A stretch of DNA of 62,736 nucleotides, filler included, from Choristocarpus tenellus KU-1152 (Eukaryota; Protista; Phaeophyceae), in NCBI GenBank assembly GCA_964200185.2. It is 11 parts of 11 records of this genome, joined end to end, with 100 filler letters (N's around TTAATTAATTAA, not from the genome) between each part and the next. Parts side by side here need not be neighbours in the genome. Positions count along the whole stretch, not along the records: positions 7,861 to 14,679 come from CAXNAD020007281.1; positions 14,780 to 19,813 come from CAXNAD020012104.1; positions 19,914 to 24,487 come from CAXNAD020013957.1; positions 24,588 to 30,536 come from CAXNAD020009337.1; 7 more parts are not named here. One strand, written 5' to 3'. The position numbers and the translations under genes were made by a program. The notes below the pieces were generated by a model. The model was not told where the DNA came from. It was given only the letters and a program-made list of their open reading frames with translations, and made no database searches. Below are positions 12,096 to 25,053 of this stretch, piece after piece. How positions within the stretch are numbered: the stretch's first letter is position 1; each line of letters opens with the position of its first letter.

Positions 12096-13659
12096 CAAAT
12101 CAGAAAATCTATAATTTTGTTCATGCTTTGTGGAGGTGTTTTCCTGGATGGATCAAGTTCAAAACTCAGATCGTTTGAAGTACACAATAAACCTAGTTGT
12201 TCACTCTTGCTAGAGAGTAAGTGGTTGAAAAAACACATCTCTGATCAGAACAAGACGCGCACAAACCATCTAGACGCAGCTACGCACAAGAGTTCACAAC
12301 CCAGCCAGTCAGGTCATTTCTTACTGTCAGGAGGACAAAATCAGCATCTATCAGTCACCTTGAGGTCTTGACAGACCAACTTAAAAAAATCGGGCAGTGT
12401 GTAAGCATGCCAGAAGATGTAGAATAGAATACAGGTCACCCTATGTTTTTGTTTCACATGTTGTGTTATCCGTCCCCGAAATATTTGACTGGTGGCTGGT
12501 CTGTTTCACTTGAACAGAAGAGAGTTGGAAGCAGTAGAATATCCTCATTCAACTCAAGGGAAACGTTGATGGGGGGGGTTTAAGTAATTATCGCTGGCTA
12601 GGAAAACAAAGCTACTACTGATGCAGGGCTGTTCATTAGTCTGGTCGGCTTGAATATCATGGGCCAATCTATGGCCTGGTCATGTTGAAACAATCTACAG
12701 CCAAAGGCCAGAACATATTGGTACTAGGGCAGCCCATGGCTTAGTCATGTTGAAATGGGGTATGGGCCATGTACTGGCCCTGTTTCTGAATATATTTCGG
12801 TATTTGATTGGCCCATGATGACGGCCCTGTTTGAAAAAGGTTTTCAACTGGATCAGCCTGGTCAAGATGGGTAGGGTTGTCCCAGTCAAGGTATGTTAGG
12901 GCAATCCACAAATTGTCCCACAAATACATGTTGGAATAACATCAATATATTGTACATGCCTTTGGTGACCTCTTTTTCATCCTTTAAAAAAAATGGAACT
13001 GGACCGGGCTGGCTCTGCACCATCCATGTTTTAGCTTGGCCATAGACTGGGCCATGGCTTGGTCTGGTTACAATCTCGGATGGCTCTGGGTCAGATATGT
13101 CAGAAAATACCGGAACCTGTCGAGCCCGAGGACAGGACAGGTTCCTACACCTGGTGGACCAGGTCTGGACATGACAGAAAGTGTAGAAAATTATCCGACC
13201 TGTGGACTAAACTGTCCAAATTTATATTTACTTTATTCTATTGTAAAGCAGACAGGAAAGTTTTAATATCGCTAGGACAGAATTTTGGGGATGGACTGGA
13301 GCACCGTCTACGTTTTTCTTTTTCGCTCACTCTCTAGACGCACGAGTGTAGTTACTCTCCAAAAAATTGCTAACCCTGGCTGCCTGGCTGGGTAACTGGC
13401 TGGGTGACTGGCTGGGTGACTGACTGGATAGGTATATAGGTATGACCTTCGTGTCGCACCCTAACTTGTTCACCCACAAGCTGTTCTTCAACTTTCCAGG
13501 ATACAAATAGGTGGTACCCTGAAGAATCGTTGAGGTTACTAGACTAAACTTGGTCCCATTGCGACACGCTGGGCAGGTGAGTATCCGTGGGGGGTACTTG
13601 GCCTGGTTAACCCACAGAACCCTTAAGCGAACAATGATTATTAGCAATCTGGCATTGCT

Positions 13660-13922
13660 TGTCGAAAAAATTAGTGTTGTATTTGTGTTGTGTGTGCTGA
13701 TACAAGTATATAACATAGTCTCATGTACGTTTATCTTTAGTTCGGTACAATACAAAATAGTAACGTGCATAGCAGTATGATGAGTCAGTATGTATCTCTA
13801 CGTCAGTGATATAATGAATGGCTAAGACAAATACCAGCAGGTAATTAATAGTGCATGTTCGCACAATGTAACCCACCAGCAGCTTCTGGTAATGAGCTTT
13901 TCCTGTGCAAAGCTTTTCAGCA
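13660..13922. mobile_element. Solo LTR (263 bp)
   Basis: TGTCGAAAA...TTTTCAGCA termini, near-perfect 5-bp TSD (TTGCT/TTGTT), homologous to 24785-25053. Confidence 0.7.
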
Positions 13923-14779
13923 TTGTTTGCCACTCTGTTCGCACCCTTCGCTCCCTGTGCAGTTCTGTCCCCTGTGTCTAGCGCTAGTGCAAATGATGGC
14001 ATTGAATTCGTAGCCAATTGTCCAGGTGACGACAAATACTTTACTTTTGTTTCCTTATTTCTCTCGCATTAAATTGGTAACATGAGACTAGTGTTGGGAA
14101 CACCAGTGGTGATGGAGGCGGTATTGTTGGAACTGGAGTCGGAAGTGGAGGAAGTAGTGTTGGAATTGGTGTTGGTAGTCTAGTCAATAGTGTTTGGACC
14201 TGTATTTGTCGTGGAGCTGGGTGATAGTGATGGTGGCACTATTATTGGTAGTGATGATGGCATGGTTGTAATGGTGGAACCAGAGGTGGAAACGGTGATG
14301 GCACCAGTAGTCCTGCTGGCCAATGCCTTGGTGGGATTGATCAAGCAGATGGTACTGATCCCATCGATCAGGTGCCAGGATATCTCAAGGTGGTACTGTT
14401 GAAGGCTGTGGTGATATGGTTCAAGAGGATGGGGGGCAGGAAGGTGTCAAAGCACAAGGAGAAGAACAACTGTTAATACACGATACAGGCCAATCACACC
14501 TTCACTACCGACTGGGTAACACTCCTCCAAAACGAGAAGGAGCAAGTGCTGCCTCCTAATCTACAAGTGGGTATGACCACAACGACAACGTAGGTTTGTC
14601 AATATCAGTGAGCCAACCAGTTTATTTCATAGTTGAGCAAGTCCTGTACTGCGTGTAATGGGTCAAAGTATCTTGGGGGNNNNNNNNNNNNNNNNNNNNN
14701 NNNNNNNNNNNNNNNNNNNNNNNTTAATTAATTAANNNNNNNNNNNNNNNNNNNNNNNNNNNNNNNNNNNNNNNNNNNN

Positions 14780-17040
14780 GATCGGTGTTGTTGATGTTGT
14801 CGGCTCCTGTGCATGTTCTGTGATGTGTAGATGGGGGGGGGGGTCTTGGGCAGGTACTGTGACGTGTTAGGGGGAGTCTTGGGCAGGTTCTGTAATATGT
14901 TTGGGGGGGTCTTGAGCTGGTTCTGTGATGTGTTGGAGAGCGTCTTAAGCGGGTTCTGTGGTGAGGGTCTTGACCAGGTTCAGTGGTATGTGTGAGGGGT
15001 TGGTCTTGGGCAAGTGATATGTTGTGTGTGGTGGGGGGGTCTTGGGCAGGTGATGTGGTGTGTGTGTGTGGTCTTGGGCAAGTGATGGTGTGTGTGGGTG
15101 TGTCTTGGGCAAGTGATGTGTGAAGTAGTGGCTTGTGAACATGTGGTCGATGTGGTGGTAACATGAGTGGACATGAGCGCGGCCCCCAGAAAGTAAGGTG
15201 GTTGGGGCTGGGTCTGTGACGGCAGTGTGGACAACGTGAAAGGGGTGCTTGAGTGTGGAGCTTGTCGGAGGTGCTAGGGGGCGCTGATGGAGGAGTTAAG
15301 TGGTATGGGGGGTAATTACAGTGTGGTGAATGGTGTAGGGACAGATGGGGCCCTGATCATTGCGGTGCAAGGTGGGGAGGGATGAATAGGCCAGGGCAGT
15401 TGTGACTTGGGAAGGTAGGTAGATGTGTGGGTGGTAGACTGGGTAGGTGAAGTCGGGAGGGCAGGTGTGGGGATGTTGTGGTTGAGAAGGTGGCGGGTGG
15501 GGGAGACACGGGGAGAAGTCCAAGGAGTACATGGCGTCCAAGCTCCGAAGTCCGTGTCTGGCCATTGTCATTCAGTAGATGTGGGTGTGAGTAGTCACTG
15601 TAGTCCAGCCAGTAGTAGCCATAGCACAGGTGGAGTACACAAATGATGGCTCGAACCAGGTACCAGCAGGACAACGAGGGACAATGGGTTAGGTGATGAT
15701 GTGTTTTGTTGCAACAGTCCAGTGAAGGTGGCTGCCAATGTGTAGGGAGATGGAGATTCCCCAGGTCGTGGGCAGTGATGGGATGGGCAGGGGCAAAAGG
15801 GTGTGACAAGAGGTGGTGGGTTGTGTGTTTGACGCGAGGGATTAGCCAGGGGGGGAGTTGTGCAGCCAGGGTGAGGTATGATTGTGGTGAGGTCGGTTGT
15901 GGGTGTGTCATGTACTGTGGGTGCGTGCTTGGTCGTGGTTGGTGGTAGGTGGGAGGGGAGGAGGTGGGTAAGTGAAGAGCGGGAGGTGGGAGTGTCGATG
16001 TTGTGCTCGGCATTCTTGGACAGTGAGGGGGGATGTGATGTGGTAGGAACACAGGGCGTCAGGGAGTGTGGCAGGGGCGTGGAATAGTGGTGGGGTAGGG
16101 CATCAGATGTGGTCAAGTGGGGACAGGAGGACGGTTGGGATATTGGCGCAGGGCGTGTCCAGGTTGGTGACAGTAGCTGCAGTGGTGAGCTCGAAAGGTA
16201 GGATTAAGGCTGAGGGGCCCCCGACTCAGCTTTTAGCCTTGCAGAGGCACATGAGACACTGGTGGTCAGGATCCTTGCCAGTTTCCATCGTACAGTGCTC
16301 GGACCAGTGATGAACAACACTTATCCGTTGTTCTGTCGCAGCATTGTACATGGACTTCAGGGTATGCCAATGCTAAGAGACTGTCCATGATGTGATGTTC
16401 GCCCCGCTGCTGGAGTTCGTGAAGGTCTTGCACAGGTCCGTGGCAAGTAGCAGCAAGACTGCGTAACAGGTGGTCGTCCACTTCTTCGTATGGGATGGGT
16501 AGGTGGGGTGGTAGTGGTGAAAAGACGAGAAGCGCGCTGGATCAAAACTCGCTGGGTCCGAAGGAGCCACACAGCTTCAGATGCTCATGAAGCAGAGTTT
16601 GAACGCGTTTCAGGGAGAGTCATCGCCAGGGGTAATAGGTGGTGTGAGCTTGCGTTCCATGGCGGTACAGTGGGTTTATCTAGGGTATAGTTGGTGGAAG
16701 TACAAGACAAGGTCGGGCAAATTTGTTGCTGTATGTATCGATCAAGTGTTGAGGCTCATAACCTGTTGAAACCTGAATGAAATACATCGTACTTGCGAGC
16801 AAAATGCGTAGAGTACGAGCAATAATGAATCATGGTGTTGAAAAGCACCGATGAATAAGATGCGTAGTCTGTGTTGTGAATAGATGTGATTGTGCTGCAA
16901 AGCACCGATGTATTTATTATGTTGTAACCGAGGTCATTAATCTCTCAGTCAAGAATGGTGTGATGTGAATTCAATATTCTTGGTTGCTCAGTCAAAAATG
17001 ATGAGATATTAATTCAGTGTTCTTTCATTAGATACTCAAC
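14780..17040 (-). mobile_element. Ty1/copia LTR retrotransposon 5' end (LTR, PBS, degenerate gag, low-complexity region)
   Basis: On the minus strand the LTR ends TTCAACA at 16764 and is followed directly by GGTTATGAGCC (16763-16753), the copia-type internal tRNA-iMet PBS. A gag-like frame from ATG 16570 (HWHTLKSMYN..MxxGKDPD) contains stops. Outer LTR boundary approximate. Confidence 0.7.
14800..15130. repeat. Degenerate tandem repeat of about 30-40 bp with GTCTTGGGCARGT core
   Basis: About nine recurrences of the core, separated by GT-rich or G-rich stretches, inside the copia-like element. Confidence 0.8.
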
Positions 17041-17639
17041 GAAAGAAGTCCATGCTCTGTGGAGAGGCTTGTTACCCTTGGCTGGCAAGGGTTTCTGCGG
17101 ATGGTTTTAACTCTGAATATATTACATCCAGGAGTTCATCAGGTACACTTATTGCAGAGTGAGCTTGGTGCATTATGAGGGATCAATGACAACCAAGAAA
17201 GAAATAATAATCAACAATTAACGTGCAACTGTCATCTTCTGCTGAGAAGAAGAAGAAAAATAGAGAAAAAAGAAGAACAAACAAGAGAACAAGAGAACAA
17301 ACTTGAATCAATATGTGATGCACGTCAAGTGACCCATACTATTCCTGTTGCAGAATGCAGAGCGACTGTTCTGTACTGTGGTGTTCCGACGGTAATTGAT
17401 GCGGTGATGATGAACTAGTGACAGTAACGACCAGTAGTGCATAACAGACCAATCAACAGTCATGTTGACTAGTGGAACTATATCGTATCAAGGAAAAACA
17501 GATGAGTAACCTATGTTTTAACACGTACAACCCTGCTTTCCACACATGTCCATACAGTTACAAACGTGGATAATCAATCAGCGTAACTGTTGTATCATAT
17601 ATATGTTGTGCGGTCAAGTTCTGTGTGATGAGGGGTGAT

Positions 17640-18420
17640 GAGTTCTATCAGGGATAAGGTTCTGGAAAGAAGTGAGAAGTAGGGTTGAGGCATCTATCTG
17701 TACATGTGTTGAGAGTCTCTGACTAGCATGTTGATCAATCCTCGCTGTCATTAATAATGACCAGATAGAACAGAAAACACGATCCTTGGCTGTGCTGGTT
17801 TGAATATACCATTCACGTCAGGGTTTCCACGAACGGGCTGTGTGCGGTCATATGTTTGACCCACACCACATCACCTTGAGTGGCCTCAATGGCAAAAGGT
17901 GGTGGGCATACTGAGTACCACTATGCTACATATCTCATATCAATGTGTCGGAGATCCCGAATGGGACCTGTCCTTGGCGTTACCACCCCCCTGTATGGAT
18001 TCTATCCGACACAAATCCAAGAATGACCGACCAGCAGCACTTCATGCCAGACAGGTCCTTGGGAATAAAACTCCTGGTAGCTGGAACAACGCACTGAAAC
18101 TGGTGGAGCACTAGTAATGATCAGCCCTAGTGCTCACACTCTAGTCCAAAGTATAAATACCTGTGTTAATAGGTGGAAAGCATTGTGAGAAAATGGTGTG
18201 GACATGCCTGTCTCGTACGTGTTCCTGAGGATATAAGTGGATGAAGCTCAGCATCACCACAGCTTTTCGAATCATCAAGTCATCCATTGGGATTGTTGTA
18301 GGGGAAGTATGAAGAGTGATCGGAAAACTTATCATCTCTTACTTCACCTGGTCCAACAAAGTGCCAACGAAAGTACCTGGAAAACCCAGAAGAACTTTTT
18401 TGGATTCATAAATGCTCCAT
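17640..18420 (+). mobile_element. Degenerate Ty3/gypsy integrase with chromodomain-like tail
   Basis: In order: FWKEVRSRVEASICTCVE (zinc-binding-like), TTMLH..EWDLSL..MDSIRHKS..PAAL (integrase-core-like), RKTYHLLLH..ESTWKTQKNF (chromodomain-like). Many stops and frameshifts. Confidence 0.45.
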
Positions 18421-18826
18421 ATATATATATTGAATGTGAATTCTAAATATTTTGAAAGATATCAATGCGTTGTCGCAGGTAGGACCAACCTGTGTGTAGT
18501 TCTCCGTGGTTCAGTGTATGAGATGAAGTATGCGGTTTGCGAAGCAACGCCTGATCCCTAGCATATAGATACGGATTTTAGAATTTACAGCAGTGTCAGA
18601 TTCATTTCTAAATGGCACCTCATCGATATTTCCCCACAGAGGCGTGTGTGTAATACACCCCTGCGACGTCAACCTGGAACACTTGATGGAGCAGTGGAGC
18701 TGAGAATACAGGCAGGGGGGATTGTGGAAGGGGAGGGGTGGGGAATGAGATATTTTCTTTGCTTCAACTGATTTGTTTTCAGTTTTATTATTTTCTGACA
18801 TGAGTTTTAGTTCTAAACGTTGATAG

Positions 18827-18980
18827 GAGTCAAAGCATCTAAGAGGGTAGGGTTGCGTCCATATGGGGTCCAAAATCCAATGCTGCGATTTTGATGAAAA
18901 GTTGGTTATCGTGTTTGCTAGAAAAGTGTCAATATCCTTGCTCGAGATACACCTTTCCTAGCCGTACAATTTCTAGGAAA
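18827..18980. mobile_element. Partial MITE family A; another partial copy at about 2900-2969
   Basis: GAGTCAAAGCATCTAAGAGGGTAG terminus and internal GTCAATATCCTTG shared with full copies. Confidence 0.65.
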
Positions 18981-21482
18981 AGTTGTCTGGGTTTCAATGA
19001 GTGACTCTTAAATTCAATAGATTCTGTGTTATGAGGCCTCATGGAGAGACAAAATTTGGGTCGCCTCACTTCTTGTCATGAACATAGTTTTTATAGAGTA
19101 CCTTACACTCTGAGTTAATATCTCGGGATGGTTTGACCTCAACATCTAGGGATCCTGGGTGAACGTGAGTCTTTGGCACGACTTTTCATCACAACTGTGT
19201 ACATTCCATATGGAGTATTAGTGTCAGGTTCAAGAAATACACACAAATGTTCAAGAAATTTGGGTAGTATTCCCAAAGCTAACCAGAAATCCTTCAGAAC
19301 ACTGGTGGAGTTGCACCTCTTACTAATCCCTTGTGTAATTTAGGAAGCAGTGGCAAGACGTCGGAAAGCAAATTCCTTTCAAAAAAAGTAGCTCGATACA
19401 AAATAACGAACCCATATTTCTCATTCTAACCACTGTTGAACCTTAAAATACTGATAAGGAAATTTTCAAACATGAAGAGAAGTTGTGATGTCGACAAATA
19501 TGTAGAGTGTTAATAAAATGAAAATGAAATATTTTATTGCAAGAATCCTGTTTTGTTCAAAATCATTGTGGGTAAGACAAATGCCATACAATAAATGTGC
19601 AATTCCCACATATCAGGCGCATTCAACAACGTATTGTCACATTACTCTTTAATATATACATACCATACAATCTCCCCCCCCCCTCACGCACATCCTATGC
19701 AAGACTGGGGAATTCTTGTCCATCCATCTGTCTATTTGTGTGTCTGTACGTTACTAGTACTGCATCTCATCCTCGCAAATAGGCTTGACCCCACTCTCAC
19801 ATATACATAACAGNNNNNNNNNNNNNNNNNNNNNNNNNNNNNNNNNNNNNNNNNNNNTTAATTAATTAANNNNNNNNNNNNNNNNNNNNNNNNNNNNNNN
19901 NNNNNNNNNNNNNGGGGTGGGGGGGTGGGGGGGAGGGGGGGGGGGGGGGGGGGGGAGGGGGGGGGGGGGGGGGGTGGGGGGGGGGGGGGGGGTTGCAAGT
20001 GAGGAAGGGAGGTTGTCAAAGGAAAGGAAAGGAAAGGAAAGGAGGGGTTGGGCTAAGTTTGTAACACTCAGGGGTAGGTTGTGTGATAGAATCAATTGGG
20101 TCTAGCGAGGCTGGGAGGGTACATCAAAACACGGGTTGATCTAGATGGAGACAAGAAAGGACAGATCCGCATGTACACACAGATTTTTATCTTAAAAAAA
20201 ATTTATACATGAGTATGTGTATGTATGTGTATGTATGCACATATTATGAACTATTATTTTTTACTGTTGTGAACGAAACAAGGTGACGCTATACGGAGGA
20301 CACACACGACACAATAAACTTGGCAGGCGTTGTTGGCTACATTGAAAAAAATCCTATGCTTTTGTCTCCCCCACGAGGCCTTGCCTCGCCCTGCCCCTGG
20401 CGTTTCCAAATATCAATATGACGAAAAAATAAAATGGAGTCATATTATCATATTATAATATTATCATATTATTGGAAACCCACCGGAAACACACAAATTT
20501 GATTACATACACTGCAACGATCTAACATAAAACATGCAGGGGTTTCCACGTAAATCAGAAGGCACTCATAGAAGAATAGGAAAAAAAAAAAATCAAGGCC
20601 TTTCGTCACTCCGGGCAATTACCATGGCCACAGGCTGGCCAATTGCCAGGACATGCTGAATCAGGTTACAGCAACGGAACGGTCCTGTGAGGGAAGTTTA
20701 TGCATGAACTCCCTGTGGTCTGGCCATGTTGAATCAGTCGATGGCCATGGACTGGCCATAACAGGATAATCTTACCCCTGACCGGCCCAACGAAAGTAGT
20801 CTCACACACATTAAATATTTATCTGAATAATTCTTGTTGATATACCCCCATGTGGATATCAATATTGAGTGTACGTGCCATTCTAGTACTGGTACTCTTG
20901 AGTATAATATAGTGGTGTATATTGAACTATCTAAAAAAAATGATGTACATGCTGCTACTAAATGAGTACTGCAGACACCATAAAAAATTTCTCAGAGTGC
21001 TAAATACATTATACATATACATATACATACAGATAGATCAAAAGTATTGGCAGCAAATGTAGAAATAAATATATAGTATACTTGAGTATTAGTACTTTGC
21101 AGTAGAAGTTCTAATCATGAATAGAGTAACATGTGAAATAAAAACAAATTAATAATATACTCCACACTCCACACGCAGTAGTATAGCATTCATAGATAAA
21201 ACAAAACAAAACAAAACACACACACACACAAACACCACTCTCAACTGAGAAAAATAGTCAGAGGACATTGCACAAACAGTGATCAGTGAGGTGCAATGAG
21301 AATTGTCAGTGGTAGTGATAGTGGTAGCAGCAGTGATAGGCAGAAGTGGTACCAACAACAGTGGTAGCTATGCACCAGGGGGGGGGGGGGGGGGGGATCA
21401 GGACGGCGGCGATTAGACCCATACTAAGGAAAAAGAAAAAGAATTTACCTCCAATGAACCAAANNNNNNNNNNTGGTGTGGT

Positions 21483-21522
<40 letters not shown>

Positions 21523-22603
21523 AAAAACAAGGGGGGGGGTGGGGCGGGGGGGGGGGGGGGGGGGAGGCCAGGCCAGTCAGGTCAATTGCCCATAAGAAGG
21601 AAACAGAACAAGCATTTGCCTACCTATGCATCGAAACTCACCTGTCACAAACTACTTCATCATTCCACACAAAAACACAGAATCCAACAACCGACTTAAG
21701 CTTTGAAAAAAAGTACAGAATCCAACGGGGAACGATATCGGAGGCGCCATCTCTCTGTTCAGTTTCACAAGTTGAACTTCCAACAGTTGCCGCAATCCGA
21801 GGGGCCATGCACCAGGTTTACATTTGACAAGAATAAACTGAAAACAAGTAACTGTCTCCGCATTTCAAAATCTTGGGGTCTCTCTCTACGCTCGGACTGG
21901 ACAAACCAACTGGCCAGGTCCATTTAACTCAAACCGGGCTAAAATTGGGACCAATCACACACGACGGACTGGACAGATCCCACCACCTGATTGATGGACC
22001 TGGTTTGGACAGACAGGACGGATACGAATAATACGAAACGCTCATATTCGATCCGATCCACAGACAGGGCAATTTTCAACACTAATTGGACCCGGTGCAG
22101 CAGACATGTTAGTGATTTCGGAACCTGTCTGGATACGGGACTCATCAACAGCTTCCAACACTAATTGGACCAGGTCCGGACATATCAGAAAAAAATAAAT
22201 CGAACCAGTCCACCAGCACGTGCACCAGTCCATTCTCACATACTCCCAAACTGACAACGAAAGCTGACAAGCCCCGACATCTTCACGGCACATAAATCCC
22301 CTTGACACCCTAACCCTAACCTTGATCAGCACACACTACTTCCTATCTTCAACAAACGATCACTCTACACCGCCTACCTAAGACATCAATGAAGATTACT
22401 CTACATCAATCGCAGTGACAAGCAATGACCTTCTGCACGGACGAAGCACCTCTCGCTTAAAAGCCAAACTCTCCAACATCAACCTCTCACCACATAGAAT
22501 GCAAATGTGCATAAAACACACGTTATCCTCCCCCTCCCCCTCCCCTCCCCTCCCCCCCCTCTCCCCCCTCCTCCCTCCTAGTGTCACAAAACACACCACA
22601 CAC

Positions 22604-23845
22604 CTGCTTGATATGCTGAGGAAAACACTGAGCTGCAGCTCTGTAGGACCATCCGTAGCACCTGCATTGGTCTGTATCACCGACACCTGTCCTGCAACCT
22701 CTGGCCCACCCTCGCCCTGCATCCCTTCCCCAGCCTCCCAGGCTCCATTCAGCTCCAGCCTATTATCAAATTGATACCTGTATTGGCAGGAGTCCTCACT
22801 GTAGAGCACCGAGGTGGTCGATCGGGGAGGTTGGTTGGGGGACAGCGGAGGCATTCGTGAATCTAAAAAAACAACAACAAAAAAACCAAGGGGATCAATC
22901 AGTCTTACTACCCACTGCCAGGGGATAGATAGGTTTCATGTCACTTAGAGAGGTTCATTCATCGGGCAGTTTAACTGTACCTTCAATGCAACCAAATTCC
23001 AATAGCCTAATGAGTAGCACAACACTCAATACCAATTAGGGACACCTCAGTGGTGATAAAAAAACACTTTGTACATATATTGACATGGTGGAGTGGGTTG
23101 GAACATGCACGAGCAGTAGTTGTGTAGAAGGCGTTAATTGCGTTGGGGAAGACGCAGGAATAGAGCAGTTGCGGGGCTTGGTTTGACTTAACCCTGCCTA
23201 CTAGAGTGGGACATTTGGGGGTGCACAGGGGAAGCATCAAGGAGACTTCCTGGGGAAGAGTAATAGAGAGGGCCTCTGCTAGCAACTTTACACACAAGCC
23301 GCTGTTAGAAGAAGGGGTCAAAATGCAATAACCAATGCATCAGACATACAAATGTACATACACCTATATATATATATATATATGAGTAACATTATCGCAG
23401 GCAGGCAATCAGTGGGAAGCACAACGGATCTAAACAGCAAACTTAACAAACCTTCACACAGTCTTCCCGGTTGACTCATGCATACTTTTTTGTGCAGTAC
23501 TTGCTGTGGTACTTTGCCCACGCTCAGGCTCGAATCAAACATTCAAATCAATCGATCACCTCGTCAAACTCGACAGTTGTGCCTGGGAGTACCTTTTACA
23601 GGTCGTATCCTTTTCGGCAATACTTTCAAACAAAACTTCCACTTCCACAGGAAATACCGAACCAATCACTGACAGAACAGCGGACAGATAGGAGGGGGAG
23701 GGGGAGGGGGAGGGGGAGGGGAAAGCACCTGCAGTGGAAGGTAAAGAACAGGAAGGGGTCTGCCTCCTCCGGCCTCGGTGCGTCTCCCTCGTGGGGGGGT
23801 CCAGTGTCCACCAAGGTATCTGGAGGGACCGTATCAACAGTCCAT
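22604..23845 (-). CDS. Two internal exons of an Ig-like (DTxPPDT-type) repeat protein
   Basis: Exons 23845-23729 and 22798-22604 (both phase 2/2, GT-AG) splice to WTVDTVPPDTLVDTGPP..FLFFTFHC-S-EDSCQYRYQFDN, matching the WTVDTxPPDT..FxFxCSExxCxFxYxLD pattern of bacterial-type Ig-like repeats as recognised by eye. Confidence 0.6.
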
Positions 23846-23924
23846 CTGCACACGCCAAGCAAAAACACGACGCATGGGGTCCAGGGTAATAAAAAGAGTG
23901 TGTGGGGGAGGGCGGAGGAGGGGG

Positions 23925-24134
23925 GGGGGGCAGATGGAACTACCTCTACCAGTCCCATCCATAAATTGCTCATATGTGACTGTAGCCCTGGATGCACACA
24001 TCCAAGAAGTCACATTATTTCACAGTGGGGGGAGGGGGGGCAGATGAACCTACCACTACCGGTCCTATCCATAAATTGCTCATACATGACCGTCGCCCTG
24101 GATGCACACATCCAAGAAGCCACAATATTTCACA
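23925..24134. repeat. Tandem duplication of about 110 bp bounded by G tracts
   Basis: GGCAGATG..CCATAAATTGCTCATA..GCCCTGGATGCACACATCCAAGAAG..TATTTCACA occurs twice. Confidence 0.88.
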
Positions 24135-24428
24135 CATCTTTTTTTTTTTTAATGATCATTATTAATGCTCGTAACCAAAACTGCCCCTCCAACGCTGAGC
24201 TGGATTCGGCCTACTATGTCCGCTACCATCACCACACCAGAGAGCCAGTTCCTCCACAACGTCCACTCTCTCCATACACCGCCTGAGAACACTTCCTCCA
24301 CAACACTCCTTGTTCGGCACGCATGGCGCCTGTTGTCAGGGTCATCAGCATTCAGCGCCCTTCAATCTGCAAGTGTTCACTGTCCTGTCCAGCAAACGCT
24401 CAAGAGCCCGCTTGGTCTACAACCCCCC

Positions 24429-24469
<41 letters not shown>

Positions 24470-24593
24470 AGCGCCCCGCCCCCCCCCNNNNNNNNNNNNN
24501 NNNNNNNNNNNNNNNNNNNNNNNNNNNNNNNTTAATTAATTAANNNNNNNNNNNNNNNNNNNNNNNNNNNNNNNNNNNNNNNNNNNNCCTTTC

Positions 24594-24771
24594 GGCTCAA
24601 AGCATCTGGGGGGGAGTGGCGGATCTCCGTTTGGGGTCAATTTTTTCATGTCGCGATTTTTGTGTGATTTGGTTGCATATGTCCGATGGATAATGAAAAT
24701 GCACTTTTCCTGATTTTGACCCAAATGGACAACCCGGTGTAGACCCCCCCCCCCCCCAGATACTTTGGGTC
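24594..24771. mobile_element. MITE family B (178 bp, G-tract TIRs)
   Basis: GGCTCAAAGCATCTGGGGG...CCCCCAGATACTTTGGGTC with 3-bp TSD TTC. Partial copies at about 1850-1905, 7861-7925, 14660-14679, 44184-44253 and 62718-62736, four of them at contig or window ends. Confidence 0.85.
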
Positions 24772-24784
24772 TTCATTGCACCTT

Positions 24785-25053
24785 TGTGCATGAAGGAATA
24801 TCGTGTTATGCTTACGTTGTGTGTGCTGATACAAGTATATAACACAGTTTCAGGTACGTTAATCTTTAGTTTGATACAATATGGAGTAGTAATGTACATA
24901 AAGGTATGATGAATCATTCCTTGGCTATACGTCAGAGAGAATAGATGGCTAAGACAAAAGTCCATTGGACAATTAATACACCAGTGTATGTTCGCCATGC
25001 AACCCATCAGCAGCTCGTGGCGATGACCCTTTTCTGCGCGAAGCTATTCAACA
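24785..25053. mobile_element. Second copy of the same LTR family
   Basis: Colinear similarity to 13660-13922 (TGTGTGCTGATACAAGTATATAAC, ATGGCTAAGACAAA), ends TTCAACA. No clear TSD. Confidence 0.6.

Noticed and set aside
23471-24286. 271-aa plus-strand ORF
   Set aside because: Low-complexity, crosses G tracts and a tandem duplication, and is antisense to a better-supported exon.
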